A DNA stretch of 64,000 nt from Clostridiaceae bacterium (GCA_031289315.1 JAITPR010000016.1:72751-136750); one strand, 5' to 3'. Counted from the stretch's first letter, positions 9,597 through 20,360 are shown. Numbers and translations: made by a program. The notes: generated from the letters alone by a model not told the origin.

Positions 9597-10025
9597 ATGT
9601 CTAAATTAAATGTAAAGAAAGGTGATAACGTAATGGTTATCGCCGGCAAGGATAAGGGCAAGGCCGGCAAGGTCTTAAAGGTTGATACCGACGGCGGAAG
9701 AGTTTTTGTCGAAGGCGTCAACATGGTGTCCAAAAGCAAAAAGCCGCGCAACGCCCAACAAAAGGGCGGCATCTTAAAGCAAGAGGGTACAATTGATATA
9801 TCGAACGTAATGCACATTTGCTCGGAATGCGACAAGATCGTCAGGGTTGCCCACAAGGAAGAAACCGTAGACGGGAAAGTCAAGAAAATCCGCGTATGCG
9901 CCAAATGCGGCGCCTCCTTAGACGAGAAGAAGGTTTCGTCAAAGAGAGCCGCCAAAGCGGTAAAAAAGACCGCCGCCAAAAAGAAAGAAAAGGCGGAAAA
10001 GGGTGACGCGAAAAACGCGGAATAA
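9597..10025 (+). CDS. rplX: 50S ribosomal protein L24 (uL24), unusually long (142 aa), with CxxC...CxxC and a Lys-rich tail
   Basis: KOW motif VKKGDNVMVIAGKDKGKAGKV. Cys75/78/101/104 and the tail KRAAKAVKKTAAKKKEKAEK. Confidence 0.93.
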   Translation: MSKLNVKKGDNVMVIAGKDKGKAGKVLKVDTDGGRVFVEGVNMVSKSKKPRNAQQKGGILKQEGTIDISNVMHICSECDKIVRVAHKEETVDGKVKKIRVCAKCGASLDEKKVSSKRAAKAVKKTAAKKKEKAEKGDAKNAE

Positions 10026-10044
10026 CGGCATGGAGGATTGAACA

Positions 10045-10644
10045 GTGGCCGAAAAGAAAAATCAGGTTGCTAAAGTAGCTGCAACCGATAGCAACCGTTA
10101 TAGGTTAAGAGTTCACTATCGCGAGAACGTTATTCCCGCTCTTGTGAAACACTTCTCTTACAAGAACGTCAACCAAGTTCCCAAGGTCGAGAAAATCGTC
10201 TTGAATATGGGTTTGGGTGACTGCAAAGACAACAGCAAGAGTTTACAGCTTGCCGTAGAAGAGCTTAAATCGATAGCCGGTCAGAAGCCCGTCGTTACAA
10301 AAGCCAAGAAGAGCGTAGCTAACTTCAAGGTGAGAACGGGTATGAGCATCGGCGCGAAGGTTACCTTACGCGGCGACAGAATGTACGACTTTTTGGATAA
10401 GTTTTTATCCGTCGCACTTCCCCGCGTCCGCGACTTCAGGGGTGTCCCTGACAAGTCGTTCGACGGCAGAGGCAATTACGCGATGGGCGTCAAGGAACAG
10501 CTTATTTTCCCGGAAATTTCCTACGATAAAATCGAAAAGGTGCGGGGCTTTGACGTTTGTATAGTAACCACCGCGAACACCGACGAGGAAGCACGCGAGC
10601 TTTTGAAGCTCATGGGCTTGCCTTTCCAAAAGGGAGGTAACTGA
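10045..10644 (+). CDS. rplE: 50S ribosomal protein L5 (uL5), GTG start, with an N-terminal extension
   Basis: [14 protein letters not shown]...; GGAGG 8 nt upstream of the GTG at 10045. Confidence 0.93.
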   Translation: MAEKKNQVAKVAATDSNRYRLRVHYRENVIPALVKHFSYKNVNQVPKVEKIVLNMGLGDCKDNSKSLQLAVEELKSIAGQKPVVTKAKKSVANFKVRTGMSIGAKVTLRGDRMYDFLDKFLSVALPRVRDFRGVPDKSFDGRGNYAMGVKEQLIFPEISYDKIEKVRGFDVCIVTTANTDEEARELLKLMGLPFQKGGN

Positions 10645-10646
10645 TT

Positions 10647-10832
10647 ATGGCAAAGACTTCTATGAAGGTCAAACAAGCACGTCCGCAGAAATTTTCTTCG
10701 AGGGAATATACCCGTTGCAAGATTTGCGGCAGACCTCATGCCGTTTTGAAAAAGTACGGAATTTGCAGAATATGCTTCCGTGAAATGGCTTACAAGGGAC
10801 AAATTCCCGGCGTAAGAAAAGCCAGCTGGTAA
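10647..10832 (+). CDS. rpsN: 30S ribosomal protein S14 type Z (zinc-binding, 61 aa)
   Basis: [23 protein letters not shown]. Confidence 0.96.
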   Translation: MAKTSMKVKQARPQKFSSREYTRCKICGRPHAVLKKYGICRICFREMAYKGQIPGVRKASW

Positions 10833-10850
10833 GACAAGGAGGATAGAATT

Positions 10851-11249
10851 ATGTCAGTAACAGACCCCATCGCCGATATGCTTACCAGAGTCAGAAACGC
10901 TCTAACCGCACGCAAAGAAACCGTGTTGGTTCCCGCGTCGAAGATTAAGACGGCAATCGCAGAAATTCTCGTCAGAGAAGGGTATATAAAATCTTTTGAA
11001 ACGGTGGAAAAAGAGGTTCAAAACGACCTCGTTCTCACCTTAAAGTACGCGGGCAAGACCGGCAAAGTAATTACGGGTTTAAAACGTATATCTAAGCCCG
11101 GACTGCGCGTATATGTGGAAGCGGATAACGTCCCTAAAGTGTTGAACGGACTTGGCATAGCCATTCTGTCTACTTCCAAGGGCATCATCACCGACCGCGA
11201 AGCCAGAACCGCCAATACGGGCGGCGAAGTACTGGCGTTTATTTGGTAG
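10851..11249 (+). CDS. rpsH: 30S ribosomal protein S8 (uS8)
   Basis: [14 protein letters not shown]...; operon position. Confidence 0.97.
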   Translation: MSVTDPIADMLTRVRNALTARKETVLVPASKIKTAIAEILVREGYIKSFETVEKEVQNDLVLTLKYAGKTGKVITGLKRISKPGLRVYVEADNVPKVLNGLGIAILSTSKGIITDREARTANTGGEVLAFIW

Positions 11250-11261
11250 GAGGTAACGGGC

Positions 11262-11804
11262 ATGTCGCGAATAGGAAGATTACCGGTTACGATACCGGCG
11301 GGTGCGTCGGCGGAATTTAAAGACGGTGTTGTCACCGTAAATGGTCCGCTCGGAACGCTTTCGCAAAGCATAAACAAAAAAATCAACGTCAAGATAGAGG
11401 CGGGCGTGCTTCACGTGGAACGCTCAAGCGACGCCAAAGACGACCGTGCGCTTCACGGGCTGTACAGAGCCCTTATAAACAACATGGTCACCGGCGTCAC
11501 AAAGGGCTTCACAAAGGTTTTGGCGGTAAGCGGCGTAGGCTATAAGTTGGCGATCAACGGCAACAAGCTTACGATGAATATCGGTTATTCGCACCCTGTG
11601 GAATACGAAGCCCCGGCGGGCATCAAAATCACCGTCAACGGCAATACCGAAATTACCGTTGCCGGCATTGACAAGCACGCGGTCGGACAGGTTGCCGCCA
11701 CGATAAAGGACTTCAAGAAGGTCGAGCCCTACCATGGCTACGGAATCCGCTACAAGGACGAGGTGGTTCTCATGAAGGAAGGCAAGAAGTCCGGCAAGAA
11801 GTAA
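11262..11804 (+). CDS. rplF: 50S ribosomal protein L6 (uL6)
   Basis: MSRIGRLPVTIPAGA...; operon position. Confidence 0.96.
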   Translation: MSRIGRLPVTIPAGASAEFKDGVVTVNGPLGTLSQSINKKINVKIEAGVLHVERSSDAKDDRALHGLYRALINNMVTGVTKGFTKVLAVSGVGYKLAINGNKLTMNIGYSHPVEYEAPAGIKITVNGNTEITVAGIDKHAVGQVAATIKDFKKVEPYHGYGIRYKDEVVLMKEGKKSGKK

Positions 11805-11816
11805 TAGGAGTGCGTT

Positions 11817-12185
11817 ATGATTGCGAAGCAAGATAAAAACATAGTCAGAAGAAAAAGACAACAACGCGTCCGTAACAAGATTTCCGGCACCGCTGCAAGA
11901 CCCCGTCTTAACGTGTATCGCAGCAACAGCCATATCTACGTTCAGTTGATAGACGACGTTAAGGGTGTGACCTTGGTTTCCGCTTCCACGTTGGAAAAGG
12001 ACATCATAGCCGCGATAGCGGACAAGACCAAAAGCGAAGCCGCGAAGATTGTCGGCGCGGCGGCGGCAAAGAAGGCTCTTGAAGCCGGAATTACCGCGGT
12101 TGTGTTCGACAGAGCAGGCTATATTTACACCGGAAGGGTGGCAGCGGTTGCGACCGGCGCAAGAGAAGCCGGTCTGCAATTCTAG
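11817..12185 (+). CDS. rplR: 50S ribosomal protein L18 (uL18)
   Basis: [20 protein letters not shown]...[12 protein letters not shown]. Confidence 0.96.
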   Translation: MIAKQDKNIVRRKRQQRVRNKISGTAARPRLNVYRSNSHIYVQLIDDVKGVTLVSASTLEKDIIAAIADKTKSEAAKIVGAAAAKKALEAGITAVVFDRAGYIYTGRVAAVATGAREAGLQF

Positions 12186-12194
12186 GAGGAAGTT

Positions 12195-12713
12195 ATGGCA
12201 AAGCGTGACGAAAGACCGCAGAGAAATAACGAGGTACATGACGATCTCGTAAGAAAGACTATATCCATAAACCGCGTCACAAAGGTTGTTAAGGGCGGCA
12301 GAAACATGCGTTTTGCGGCACTTGTGGTTGTCGGCGACGAAAAAGGTAGCGTCGGAATCGGATTGGGCAAGGCTCACGAGGTTCCCGAAGCTATCGAAAA
12401 GGCAATTCAAAAGGCTAAAAAGGCAATGGTTAAAATAACCACCGTCGAAACGACCATACCGCACCAAACAATCGGTAAGTTCGGCAGAGGTCAGGTTATC
12501 CTGATGCCCGCCGTAACCGGTACCGGCGTTATAGCCGGCGGACCCGTCCGTGCGGTGCTGGAAGCAGCCGGTATTAAGGATATACGTACTAAATCCTTAG
12601 GTTCTAACAACCCCATAAATTGCTCTAAAGCGACATTTGAAGGGTTAAAACAACTCCGTTCCGCGGAGCAAGTCGCGGCTTTACGCGGTATTGACGCGGC
12701 GGCGCTTAAATAA
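12195..12713 (+). CDS. rpsE: 30S ribosomal protein S5 (uS5)
   Basis: [24 protein letters not shown]. Confidence 0.97.
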   Translation: MAKRDERPQRNNEVHDDLVRKTISINRVTKVVKGGRNMRFAALVVVGDEKGSVGIGLGKAHEVPEAIEKAIQKAKKAMVKITTVETTIPHQTIGKFGRGQVILMPAVTGTGVIAGGPVRAVLEAAGIKDIRTKSLGSNNPINCSKATFEGLKQLRSAEQVAALRGIDAAALK

Positions 12714-12726
12714 GGAGGGCGTGAAC

Positions 12727-12900
12727 ATGTTAAAAATCACTCTCGTTAAAAGCACCATCGGACGTCTTAAAGGACATCAAGCCACAATTGAGGCGTTGGG
12801 ACTTAAAAAAATAGGCAGTTCCGTCGTGCGCGACAATACCGACGCGGTGCGCGGTGCGATTAAAAAAGTTTCTTACCTTATCAAGGTCGAAGAAATTTAA
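12727..12900 (+). CDS. rpmD: 50S ribosomal protein L30 (uL30)
   Basis: [35 protein letters not shown] at 12713-12719; the ORF-track start at 12691 was rejected. Confidence 0.93.
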   Translation: MLKITLVKSTIGRLKGHQATIEALGLKKIGSSVVRDNTDAVRGAIKKVSYLIKVEEI

Positions 12901-12911
12901 TCGGAGGCAAT

Positions 12912-13364
12912 ATGAAAATCCACGATTTACAACCCGCTCCCGGCGCGGTTACCGCTCCCAAAAGATTGGGTCGCGGCATAGGTTCCGGACTAGGTAAAAC
13001 GAGCGGCAAAGGTCATAAAGGTCAATGGGCTAGAAGCGGCGGCGGCGTGCGTCCCGGGTTTGAAGGCGGTCAAATGCCTATCACTAGACGTATTCCTAAG
13101 CGCGGCTTTAACAACAAATTCCGCAAGGAATATTCAATTATAAACTTGGGCGCGCTTGAAGTATTCGAAGACGGCGCCGTCATTACGACGGAAACTCTTG
13201 TTGAGACGGGCATCGTCAGGAAAGTAGAGGCTTACGGCGTCAAGGTTCTTGCCGGAGGCGCACTTACCAAAAAGCTCACCGTTAAAGCGGCTAAATTCAG
13301 CGACGCCGCAGTCGAGGCAATTGTTGCCGCCGGCGGCACCGCGGAAACTGTTGAATACAAATAA
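12912..13364 (+). CDS. rplO: 50S ribosomal protein L15 (uL15)
   Basis: [20 protein letters not shown]. Confidence 0.96.
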   Translation: MKIHDLQPAPGAVTAPKRLGRGIGSGLGKTSGKGHKGQWARSGGGVRPGFEGGQMPITRRIPKRGFNNKFRKEYSIINLGALEVFEDGAVITTETLVETGIVRKVEAYGVKVLAGGALTKKLTVKAAKFSDAAVEAIVAAGGTAETVEYK

Positions 13365-13463
13365 GCACTTTTGCCTTGAAGCCTCCCGTGCCGAATAAGG
13401 GCGCGTACCGGAGGCGGTAAGCCCCGTCAACATCGGGGCAAGCGTTAAGCTTGGAGTATAAAA

Positions 13464-14762
13464 ATGTTTGAAACTATCAAAAATGCGTTCGCTACAAAAG
13501 AAATACGCGTAAAGATATTTCTAACCTTGCTGTTGTTATTGGTCTACAGATTGGGTTGCTATATCCCTATTCCCGGTCTTAACAGCACTGCAATCGCCGA
13601 ATCCGTGCAAGGAAACGACTTTCTGTCCATTCTTAGCATGATCACGGGCGGTTCGCTTTCTAACGGCACCATTTTTGCGCTCGGCATTTTACCGTTTATC
13701 AACGCGTTCATCATAATGCAATTGTTGACGCTTGTCATACCCGCATTGGAACGTCTTTCCAAAGAGGGCGATGACGGCAGAAAAAAGCTTACGCAAATAA
13801 CAAGATATTTCGCATTGATTTTAGCCGCCGTTCAGGGCGTGGGCATAGTCTTAAGCTGGAAAAATAACGCCGGCGGAAGTCTTATAGAGCCTACCTTTGG
13901 CAGTGAAGAGCTTACGATGGCGTTCATAATAGCCATACTTATGGCGGGCAGCACCATGGTTATGTGGTTGGGCGAACGCATTACGGAATACGGAATAGGC
14001 AACGGCACCTCACTTATCATTTTTGTCGGTATATTGTCCTCAGCCGGCACCGTATTTCTTACGGCGTTCAAAAGCTTAGGACAAACTCCGGAAAATATTT
14101 GGCGCATAATCGGCATGTTGCTGATGATTATCCTCATATTCGTGTTTATCGTGTTTTTCGATTTGGCGGAGCGGCGAGTTCAAGTGCAGTACGCCAAACA
14201 GATAAAGGGAAACAAGGTTTACGGCGGACAAACGCAGCATATACCCATTAAGGTAAACAGCTCCGGCGTTATGCCTATCATATTTGCCACCTCCTTCCTC
14301 ATGTTCCCGCAGCTTATAATGCAGTTGTTTTGGCCCACGAGCGAGGCTTATTATTGGTACGCTCAGAACATGGGTACCGGTTCCGTCGTTTACTACGTCC
14401 TGCTACCGTTGTTTATACTGTTCTTCGCTTATTTCTATGCGCAGATACAGTTTAATCCCGACGACGTCGCAAAAAATATTCAGCAGTACGGCGGTACCAT
14501 TCCCGGCATAAGACAGGGGAAGCCCACCGCGGACTACTTGAGAAAAATAAACAACCGCATCACACTTTTCGGGGCAATATTCCTTGCGATTATAGCGCTC
14601 ATACCGACGTTCATATTCAAAGCGATAAGCGGTCCGGGAGTGGATTTCAGTAACTCGTTCTCTGCAACCGGTCTGCTCATCGTAGTGTCCGTCGCGCTTG
14701 AGTTCAACAAACAGCTTGAGTCGCAAATTATGATGCGCCATTACAAGGGCTTCTTGCAGTAA
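13464..14762 (+). CDS. secY: Preprotein translocase subunit SecY
   Basis: 10-TM profile; motifs GLNSTAI..SILSMITGGS and GILPFINA; position after rplO. Confidence 0.97.
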   Translation: MFETIKNAFATKEIRVKIFLTLLLLLVYRLGCYIPIPGLNSTAIAESVQGNDFLSILSMITGGSLSNGTIFALGILPFINAFIIMQLLTLVIPALERLSKEGDDGRKKLTQITRYFALILAAVQGVGIVLSWKNNAGGSLIEPTFGSEELTMAFIIAILMAGSTMVMWLGERITEYGIGNGTSLIIFVGILSSAGTVFLTAFKSLGQTPENIWRIIGMLLMIILIFVFIVFFDLAERRVQVQYAKQIKGNKVYGGQTQHIPIKVNSSGVMPIIFATSFLMFPQLIMQLFWPTSEAYYWYAQNMGTGSVVYYVLLPLFILFFAYFYAQIQFNPDDVAKNIQQYGGTIPGIRQGKPTADYLRKINNRITLFGAIFLAIIALIPTFIFKAISGPGVDFSNSFSATGLLIVVSVALEFNKQLESQIMMRHYKGFLQ

Positions 14763-14796
14763 GAGTCTACAGCGCACGGGTTCGGTCTTTGAAGGT

Positions 14797-15417
14797 ATGA
14801 AAAACATTATTATATTGGGGGCGCCCGGCGCCGGAAAAGGAACGCAATCCGTGCTTCTTGCGAAGGAATACGGAATACCGCAGATTTCCACGGGCGACAT
14901 ACTAAGAAAGAATATCAAGGAACAGACGGAGTTAGGCAGACAAGCTAAATCGTTTATAGACGCCGGCTTGCTTGTTCCCGACGAGGTTGTAAACAATATC
15001 GTGGCGGAAAGATTGAAACAATCCGACGCGAAAAAAGGATACATCTTAGACGGGTATCCGCGTACGCTCAATCAAGCCGAGGCGTTGGATAAAAACGCCG
15101 TCATAAACACGGTAATAAATCTCGTGGTTTCGTTTGAGGAGATAATAGTCCGCATATCGGGACGCCGCGTGTGTATATGCGGTGAAACCTATCATGTTTC
15201 AACGCTTAAGGGCGCGCAGGATTGTTCTAAGTGCGGTAGCGCCTTGTTCGTAAGAGACGACGACAAGCCGGAAACCGTTTCGGCACGTTTAAGCGTCTAC
15301 GAGGCACAAACAGCGCCGCTAATCAATTATTATGCAGCTAAGGGTATCCTGACGGATATAGTGTCGAACGGAGTTGCCAAAACGTTTGCGGCGATAAAAA
15401 AGGTGTTAGAGCGTTAA
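14797..15417 (+). CDS. adk: Adenylate kinase (zinc-lid type)
   Basis: P-loop GAPGAGKGTQ; lid CICGETYH...CSKCGS. Confidence 0.97.
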   Translation: MKNIIILGAPGAGKGTQSVLLAKEYGIPQISTGDILRKNIKEQTELGRQAKSFIDAGLLVPDEVVNNIVAERLKQSDAKKGYILDGYPRTLNQAEALDKNAVINTVINLVVSFEEIIVRISGRRVCICGETYHVSTLKGAQDCSKCGSALFVRDDDKPETVSARLSVYEAQTAPLINYYAAKGILTDIVSNGVAKTFAAIKKVLER

Positions 15418-15453
15418 CCCGCCTTAATACATAAAGGTGTTAGAGCGTTAAAC
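15398..15453 (+). repeat. Tandem duplication of the adk 3' end including the stop codon (19 bp, 35-bp offset)
   Basis: AAAGGTGTTAGAGCGTTAA occurs at 15398-15416 and again at 15433-15451. Confidence 0.85.
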
Positions 15454-15485
15454 CGCTTTGATACCGACAGAGCGGAAAACTCTCA

Positions 15486-16229
15486 ATGATATACTTAAAA
15501 ACTCCGACGGAAATAGAGAGAATGCGGGAGTCCGGCAAAATTGTCCGTGACGCGCTTCTTCTTGCCGACTCAATCGTACGGGCGGGGGTTACAACTGCGG
15601 AAATAAACGCCGCGGTGGAAAAGTTAATCAGAAACGCGGGCGCGGTGCCGTCCTTCCTAAACTACAACGGATTCCCGGCTTCGGCTTGCGTGTCCGTAAA
15701 CGGTGAGGTAGTTCACGGCATACCGGGCAGGCGGATAATAAAAGACGGCGATATAGTCAGCGTGGACGTGGGAGCGGTTAAGAACGGTTACCACGGCGAC
15801 GCCGCAAGAACCTTTACGGTAGGCGCGGTAAAGCCGGAAATCCTCAAGCTTGTAAGGGTGACGGAGGAATGCTTCTTTAAAGCGGTCGAAAGCTTTAAGG
15901 ACGGCGGACGGCTAGGCGACATCGGCGAGGCGGTTCAGCGCCATGCGGAAGGCAACGGTTTTTCCGTAGTACGCGCTTTGGTGGGTCACGGAATAGGTCG
16001 CGTCATGCACGAAGACCCGGCGGTTCCTAACTACGGTACGGCTGGACACGGCATAAGACTTTCAAAGGGGCTTGCCCTTGCGATTGAGCCTATGATTAAT
16101 TTAGGAAGCTACGACGTGCGCACATTGAGTGACGGTTGGACGGTAGTCACGGCGGACGGGAAACCCTCCTCACACTACGAAAACACGGTCGTGTTGACGT
16201 CAAACGGCACGGAAATACTTACGTTATAG
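15486..16229 (+). CDS. map: Type I methionine aminopeptidase
   Basis: Metal ligand context VDVGAVKNGYHGDAA...HGIG...EPM; position after adk. Confidence 0.96.
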   Translation: MIYLKTPTEIERMRESGKIVRDALLLADSIVRAGVTTAEINAAVEKLIRNAGAVPSFLNYNGFPASACVSVNGEVVHGIPGRRIIKDGDIVSVDVGAVKNGYHGDAARTFTVGAVKPEILKLVRVTEECFFKAVESFKDGGRLGDIGEAVQRHAEGNGFSVVRALVGHGIGRVMHEDPAVPNYGTAGHGIRLSKGLALAIEPMINLGSYDVRTLSDGWTVVTADGKPSSHYENTVVLTSNGTEILTL

Positions 16230-16248
16230 CCGAATGCGGCAAATAAAC

Positions 16249-16300
16249 GGGTGTGAACAGTTCGCGGTGACACATTCAAATAAACACGGATTTTTATTGA
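16249..16300. repeat. Decayed copy of the GTGGACA-palindrome repeat
   Basis: GTGTGAACAGTTCGCGGTGAC matches the left arm. The ..CACGGATT.. right arm is eroded. Confidence 0.5.
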
Positions 16301-16358
16301 GCGGTCGGGGGCGCGTCCTTCAAAACGTATTAATCAAATCCGTAAACGGCGGTCTTGT

Positions 16359-16628
16359 ATGCGTTTAGGTTCTATTGTTTTTTCAAAGGCGGGACGCGAC
16401 CGCGAAGGTTGTTTCGCGGTTGTCGCGGTCGTTGACGAGAATTACGTCAGGATTGCGGACGGCGAAAAGCACCGCTTAGAAAATGCCAAGCTGAAAAAGC
16501 TTAAGCATTTAAAGGATTCCGGCAGCGTGTTGGTGAAGATAGCCGAAAAGCTTGAACAAGGCGCCGTGGTATTCAATCAAGAAATTCGTTCCGCGTTGCG
16601 CGCTCATCAAGCGGGTGCTGCGGAATAA
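16359..16628 (+). CDS. KOW-domain RNA-binding protein (the small conserved gene between map and infA in Clostridia)
   Basis: GSIVFSKAGRDREGCFAVV KOW-like motif; conserved position. Confidence 0.75.
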   Translation: MRLGSIVFSKAGRDREGCFAVVAVVDENYVRIADGEKHRLENAKLKKLKHLKDSGSVLVKIAEKLEQGAVVFNQEIRSALRAHQAGAAE

Positions 16629-16732
16629 GCGGATTATCGCCCTAAGCGGCGCCTACGGCAAAGCGAAGGGTTCCCGTAAAAGGGCAATGCAATACGGACA
16701 ATGTTGAAAAACAACACTGAAACGGGGGTTTT

Positions 16733-16954
16733 ATGTCTAAGGAAGATGTAATTGAGGCTGAAGGCAAGGTAATAGAAGTGTTGCCTAACGCGATATTCAA
16801 GGTGCAGCTCGGGAACGGTCACATCGTAACCGCTTATCTGTCGGGCAAGCTGAGAATGAATTATATCAAGATATTGGAGGGAGATAAGGTTACGATTGAG
16901 CTTTCTCCCTACGACCTAACCAAAGGACGTATTATCTGGCGCAGTAAGAACTAA
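16733..16954 (+). CDS. infA: Translation initiation factor IF-1
   Basis: [40 protein letters not shown]. Confidence 0.97.
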   Translation: MSKEDVIEAEGKVIEVLPNAIFKVQLGNGHIVTAYLSGKLRMNYIKILEGDKVTIELSPYDLTKGRIIWRSKN

Positions 16955-17101
16955 AACCGCCTAAAAATGCCTTTAAACCGGCAAAAAAAGGGTTCGGTTC
17001 ACATTTAATCGCGCGGCTATCCGCGGCGGCTAAGAAACAAAAAATCCATTAAGAGCGTCGGCGGCAAGCCTAAGACGCGGCAAATAAAGGAGATAACTAC
17101 T

Positions 17102-17218
17102 ATGAAAGTAAGACCTTCCGTCAAGCCCATGTGCGATAAATGCAAGGTAATCAAGCGCAACGGCAGAGTTATGGTGATCTGCGCTAAGAACAAAAACCAC
17201 AAGCAAAGACAAGGCTAA
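17102..17218 (+). CDS. rpmJ: 50S ribosomal protein L36 (bL36, zinc form); absent from the ORF track because it is under 60 aa
   Basis: Hand translation gives [46 protein letters not shown] at 17088-17093. Confidence 0.93.
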   Translation: MKVRPSVKPMCDKCKVIKRNGRVMVICAKNKNHKQRQG

Positions 17219-17401
17219 TTCGCTTAAGGAGCGGCTGGTTTCCCGTTTCCTCCGTCAGGGTAGAGGGCTTTATGTTTAATTACATAACGCGCTCGCCCGT
17301 CACAAACAATCGTTTGAGCGGTACCGAAAAGAGAAACAAATTCCGTAAGCGTTGATATATATAGACAAAATTAAACTTTTTACTCATTTTGGAGGTAACA
17401 G

Positions 17402-17776
17402 ATGGCAAGAATTGCTGGTGTGGATTTACCCCGCGAAAAGCGTGTGGAAATCGGCTTAACCTACATCTACGGAATAGGTCGTCCTACCGCAAATAAAATA
17501 TTGGCGGATACGGGCATCAGTCCCGACATTCGCGTTAAGGACCTTACCGAACAACAGGTAAGCCTTATCAGAGAATACATCGAGAAAAACTTACGCGTAG
17601 AGGGCGACCTCAAACGTGAAGTGCTTCTTGATATTAAGCGACTCATGGAAATCGGTTGCTACCGCGGCGTAAGACACAGAAAGGGTCTACCCGTACGCGG
17701 TCAAAGCACCAAACAAAACGCCCGCACAAGGAAAGGCCCTAAGCGTACCGTAGGTCGCAAGAAGGCTAAGAAGTAA
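17402..17776 (+). CDS. rpsM: 30S ribosomal protein S13 (uS13)
   Basis: [26 protein letters not shown]. Confidence 0.97.
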   Translation: MARIAGVDLPREKRVEIGLTYIYGIGRPTANKILADTGISPDIRVKDLTEQQVSLIREYIEKNLRVEGDLKREVLLDIKRLMEIGCYRGVRHRKGLPVRGQSTKQNARTRKGPKRTVGRKKAKK

Positions 17777-17790
17777 GGGGAGGCACGATT

Positions 17791-18183
17791 ATGGCAGTCG
17801 CTAAGAAAGTTATAAGAAGAAGAAAAGATATTCGCCGTATTGAAAAGGGACAGGCGCACATACACGCGTCCTTTAACAATACCATAGTAACCGTAACCGA
17901 TATGGAAGGTAATACGATTTCGTGGTGTAGCGGCGGTAAGCTCAACTACAAGGGCTCAAGAAAAAGCACTCCGTTTGCGGCGCAAGTAATTGCCGAAAAC
18001 GCCGCCAAAGGGGCGACCGATAACGGAATGAGAAGCGTAGAGGTCTACGTTAAGGGTGCGGGCGCCGGGCGTGAGTCCGCAATCCGCGGTCTTTCAAACG
18101 CCGGGTTGGAGGTCACGTTGATACGCGACGTTTCTCCGATACCACACAACGGTTGCAGACCCCCGAAGCGCAGAAGGTTATAG
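17791..18183 (+). CDS. rpsK: 30S ribosomal protein S11 (uS11)
   Basis: [19 protein letters not shown]...WCSGG. Confidence 0.97.
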   Translation: MAVAKKVIRRRKDIRRIEKGQAHIHASFNNTIVTVTDMEGNTISWCSGGKLNYKGSRKSTPFAAQVIAENAAKGATDNGMRSVEVYVKGAGAGRESAIRGLSNAGLEVTLIRDVSPIPHNGCRPPKRRRL

Positions 18184-18196
18184 GAGGTAACGGAAT

Positions 18197-18820
18197 ATGG
18201 CTAAATATACAGGCGCTGATTGCCGCCTTTGCAGACGCGAAGGTTGCCAGCTTTATTTAAAAGGAAGCAAATGCTATTCCAACGCATGCACCTTTAAGAA
18301 GCGTCCTACCCCTCCGGGGCAGCACGGCGTGGGAAGAAAGAAGCAGTCGGGATATTCGATACAGCTTCGCGAAAAGCAAAAAACCAAACGTATTTACGGC
18401 ATTTTAGAAAAGCAATTTCATATGTATTATGAGAAAGCCGACAGAATGCGCGGTATTACCGGCGAAAATATGCTTATTTTAATCGAGCGTAGGCTTGATA
18501 ACGTCGTCTACCGTTTAGGCTATGCGCCGTCACGCTCCATGGCAAGACAGCTAGTTACACACGGACACTTCACCGTCAATGGTAAAAACGTCGACATCGC
18601 GTCCGTACTCGTCAGAGTCGGCGACGTGATAGCTATTAAGGAAAACAAAAAAAGCCTTAAAATTTGGACGGACTTGAAAGACGCAAAAGTGACTACTCCC
18701 AAGTGGCTTTCCTTCGACGGCAAAGAGCTTGTGGGAAAAGTCGTGGCGTTCCCCGAACGTGCGGACATCAGCGACGTAGACATCAAAGAACACCTTATCG
18801 TCGAGTTGTACTCGAAGTAA
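18197..18820 (+). CDS. rpsD: 30S ribosomal protein S4 (uS4, Cys-containing form)
   Basis: [26 protein letters not shown]; S4 domain. Confidence 0.96.
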   Translation: MAKYTGADCRLCRREGCQLYLKGSKCYSNACTFKKRPTPPGQHGVGRKKQSGYSIQLREKQKTKRIYGILEKQFHMYYEKADRMRGITGENMLILIERRLDNVVYRLGYAPSRSMARQLVTHGHFTVNGKNVDIASVLVRVGDVIAIKENKKSLKIWTDLKDAKVTTPKWLSFDGKELVGKVVAFPERADISDVDIKEHLIVELYSK

Positions 18821-18845
18821 GCGACCCTAAAATAGGAGGTTCACT

Positions 18846-19802
18846 ATGATAAAAATGAAAAGCCCCAAGATTACGTATGAGGAGAACGATGCCAAAAATT
18901 ACGCCAGATTTGTTGTCGAACCGTTAGAACGCGGTTTCGGTACCACGCTTGGCAACAGCTTGAGAAGAATTCTACTCTCCGCACTGCCGGGGGCGGCCGC
19001 CGTCGGCATCAAAATTGCTGGTGTCGAGCATGAATTCTCCACCATCAAGGGCGTGAAGGAAGACGTAACAGAGCTTATCCTCAACATAAAGGGTATTGCC
19101 GTTAAAATCCATGCGGCGGAATTAAGTACCGATAAAATAGCCTTGAAGCTGTACCGCGATACCGCGGGCGTCGTTACTGCGGGCGATATAACCACGCCGC
19201 ACGACGTTGTGATAATGAACCCGGACGCCTACCTCTGCGCTATTGACGAGGGCGGCGTGCTTGACATGACTATCTACGTTGACTCCGGCAGAGGCTACAT
19301 CTCCGCGGATAAAAACAAGGACTCCCGCGCTCCGATAGGCTTTATACCCGTGGACTCAATCTTCACGCCGGTTGAAAAGGTTAACTATTCGGTTGAGAGC
19401 ACTAGAGTTGAGCAGAGCATTGATTTTGATAAGCTCACAATCGAAGTGTCCACCGACGGAACGGTTACGGCGAAGGAAATTATAAGCCTTGCCGCCAAAA
19501 TCATGAACGAACACATCAAACTCTTTGTTGAACTTGTGGATACCATGGGTAGCACGCCTATCCTTGAAGACCCCGACGACGGCAAACACCAAAAGGTTTT
19601 GGAGATGTCAATAGAGGATTTGGACTTGTCCGTGCGTAGCTACAACTGCTTGAAGCGCGCCGGTATCAACACCGTTGAGGACTTGACCAGAAGAAGTGAA
19701 GACGATATGCTGAAAGTGAGAAACTTGGGACGTAAGTCTTTGGAAGAAGTAATAAAGAAGCTTGCCGACCTCGGTTTAGGTCTGAAGAAAGGCGACGAAT
19801 AG
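18846..19802 (+). CDS. rpoA: DNA-directed RNA polymerase subunit alpha
   Basis: FVVEPLERGFGTTLGNSLRRILLS and C-terminal domain (CTD) motif LDLSVRSYNCLKRAGI. Confidence 0.97.
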   Translation: MIKMKSPKITYEENDAKNYARFVVEPLERGFGTTLGNSLRRILLSALPGAAAVGIKIAGVEHEFSTIKGVKEDVTELILNIKGIAVKIHAAELSTDKIALKLYRDTAGVVTAGDITTPHDVVIMNPDAYLCAIDEGGVLDMTIYVDSGRGYISADKNKDSRAPIGFIPVDSIFTPVEKVNYSVESTRVEQSIDFDKLTIEVSTDGTVTAKEIISLAAKIMNEHIKLFVELVDTMGSTPILEDPDDGKHQKVLEMSIEDLDLSVRSYNCLKRAGINTVEDLTRRSEDDMLKVRNLGRKSLEEVIKKLADLGLGLKKGDE

Positions 19803-19820
19803 GAAGGAGGACAAAGGAAA

Positions 19821-20309
19821 ATGCCCGCAAAATTAGGTAGACCCACAGACCAACGCCTTGCGATTTTAAAAAATCAGGTGTCCGAGTTGTTGTGGTATGG
19901 AAAAATAGAAACAACCGTTGACAGAGCTAAATCCGTCAGAAGCATTGCCGAAAAGCTTATCACCGCAGCGGCGAAAACGTACGGCGATACTCAAACGGTT
20001 CAAAAGGAAAAAACCAATCTGAAAGGCGATAAGGTTAGCGTCGAATTTAAAAACGACGGTCCCCGTAAGCTTGCCGTCAGACGTAAGCTTATGTCCAAAC
20101 TTGTAGATTTGCATGAGGTTAAAGGCGACAAGGAGTCGAAAGCTAACTTCCGTGCACGCATTAAGGATATTAATCACCCCTTAATCGAAAAGATTTTCAA
20201 TGAGTACGGTCCTAAGTATGAGTCACGTCCGGGCGGATATACCCGCATCATAAAGTTGGGGACGCGGCGCGGCGACAATGCCGAAATCGCGATACTTGAG
20301 CTTGTATAA
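19821..20309 (+). CDS. rplQ: 50S ribosomal protein L17 (bL17), long form (162 aa)
   Basis: LGRPTDQRLAILKNQVSELL..GKIETT..RAK; C-terminal GGYTRIIKLG.RRGD. Confidence 0.95.
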   Translation: MPAKLGRPTDQRLAILKNQVSELLWYGKIETTVDRAKSVRSIAEKLITAAAKTYGDTQTVQKEKTNLKGDKVSVEFKNDGPRKLAVRRKLMSKLVDLHEVKGDKESKANFRARIKDINHPLIEKIFNEYGPKYESRPGGYTRIIKLGTRRGDNAEIAILELV

Positions 20310-20360
20310 CCTCGCCTCTCCTCACTTTCTCATGGCATGAGGATTTTGAGCCATAAATTT

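Noticed and set aside
11424-12467. 347-aa ORF on the minus strand, plus similar long antisense ORFs at 5613-6320, 9051-9482, 9557-9979 and 14403-15071
   Set aside because: These are fully antisense to unambiguous ribosomal protein, secY and adk genes. They have no SD and an Arg/Val/Gly-rich, low-information composition typical of shadow ORFs.
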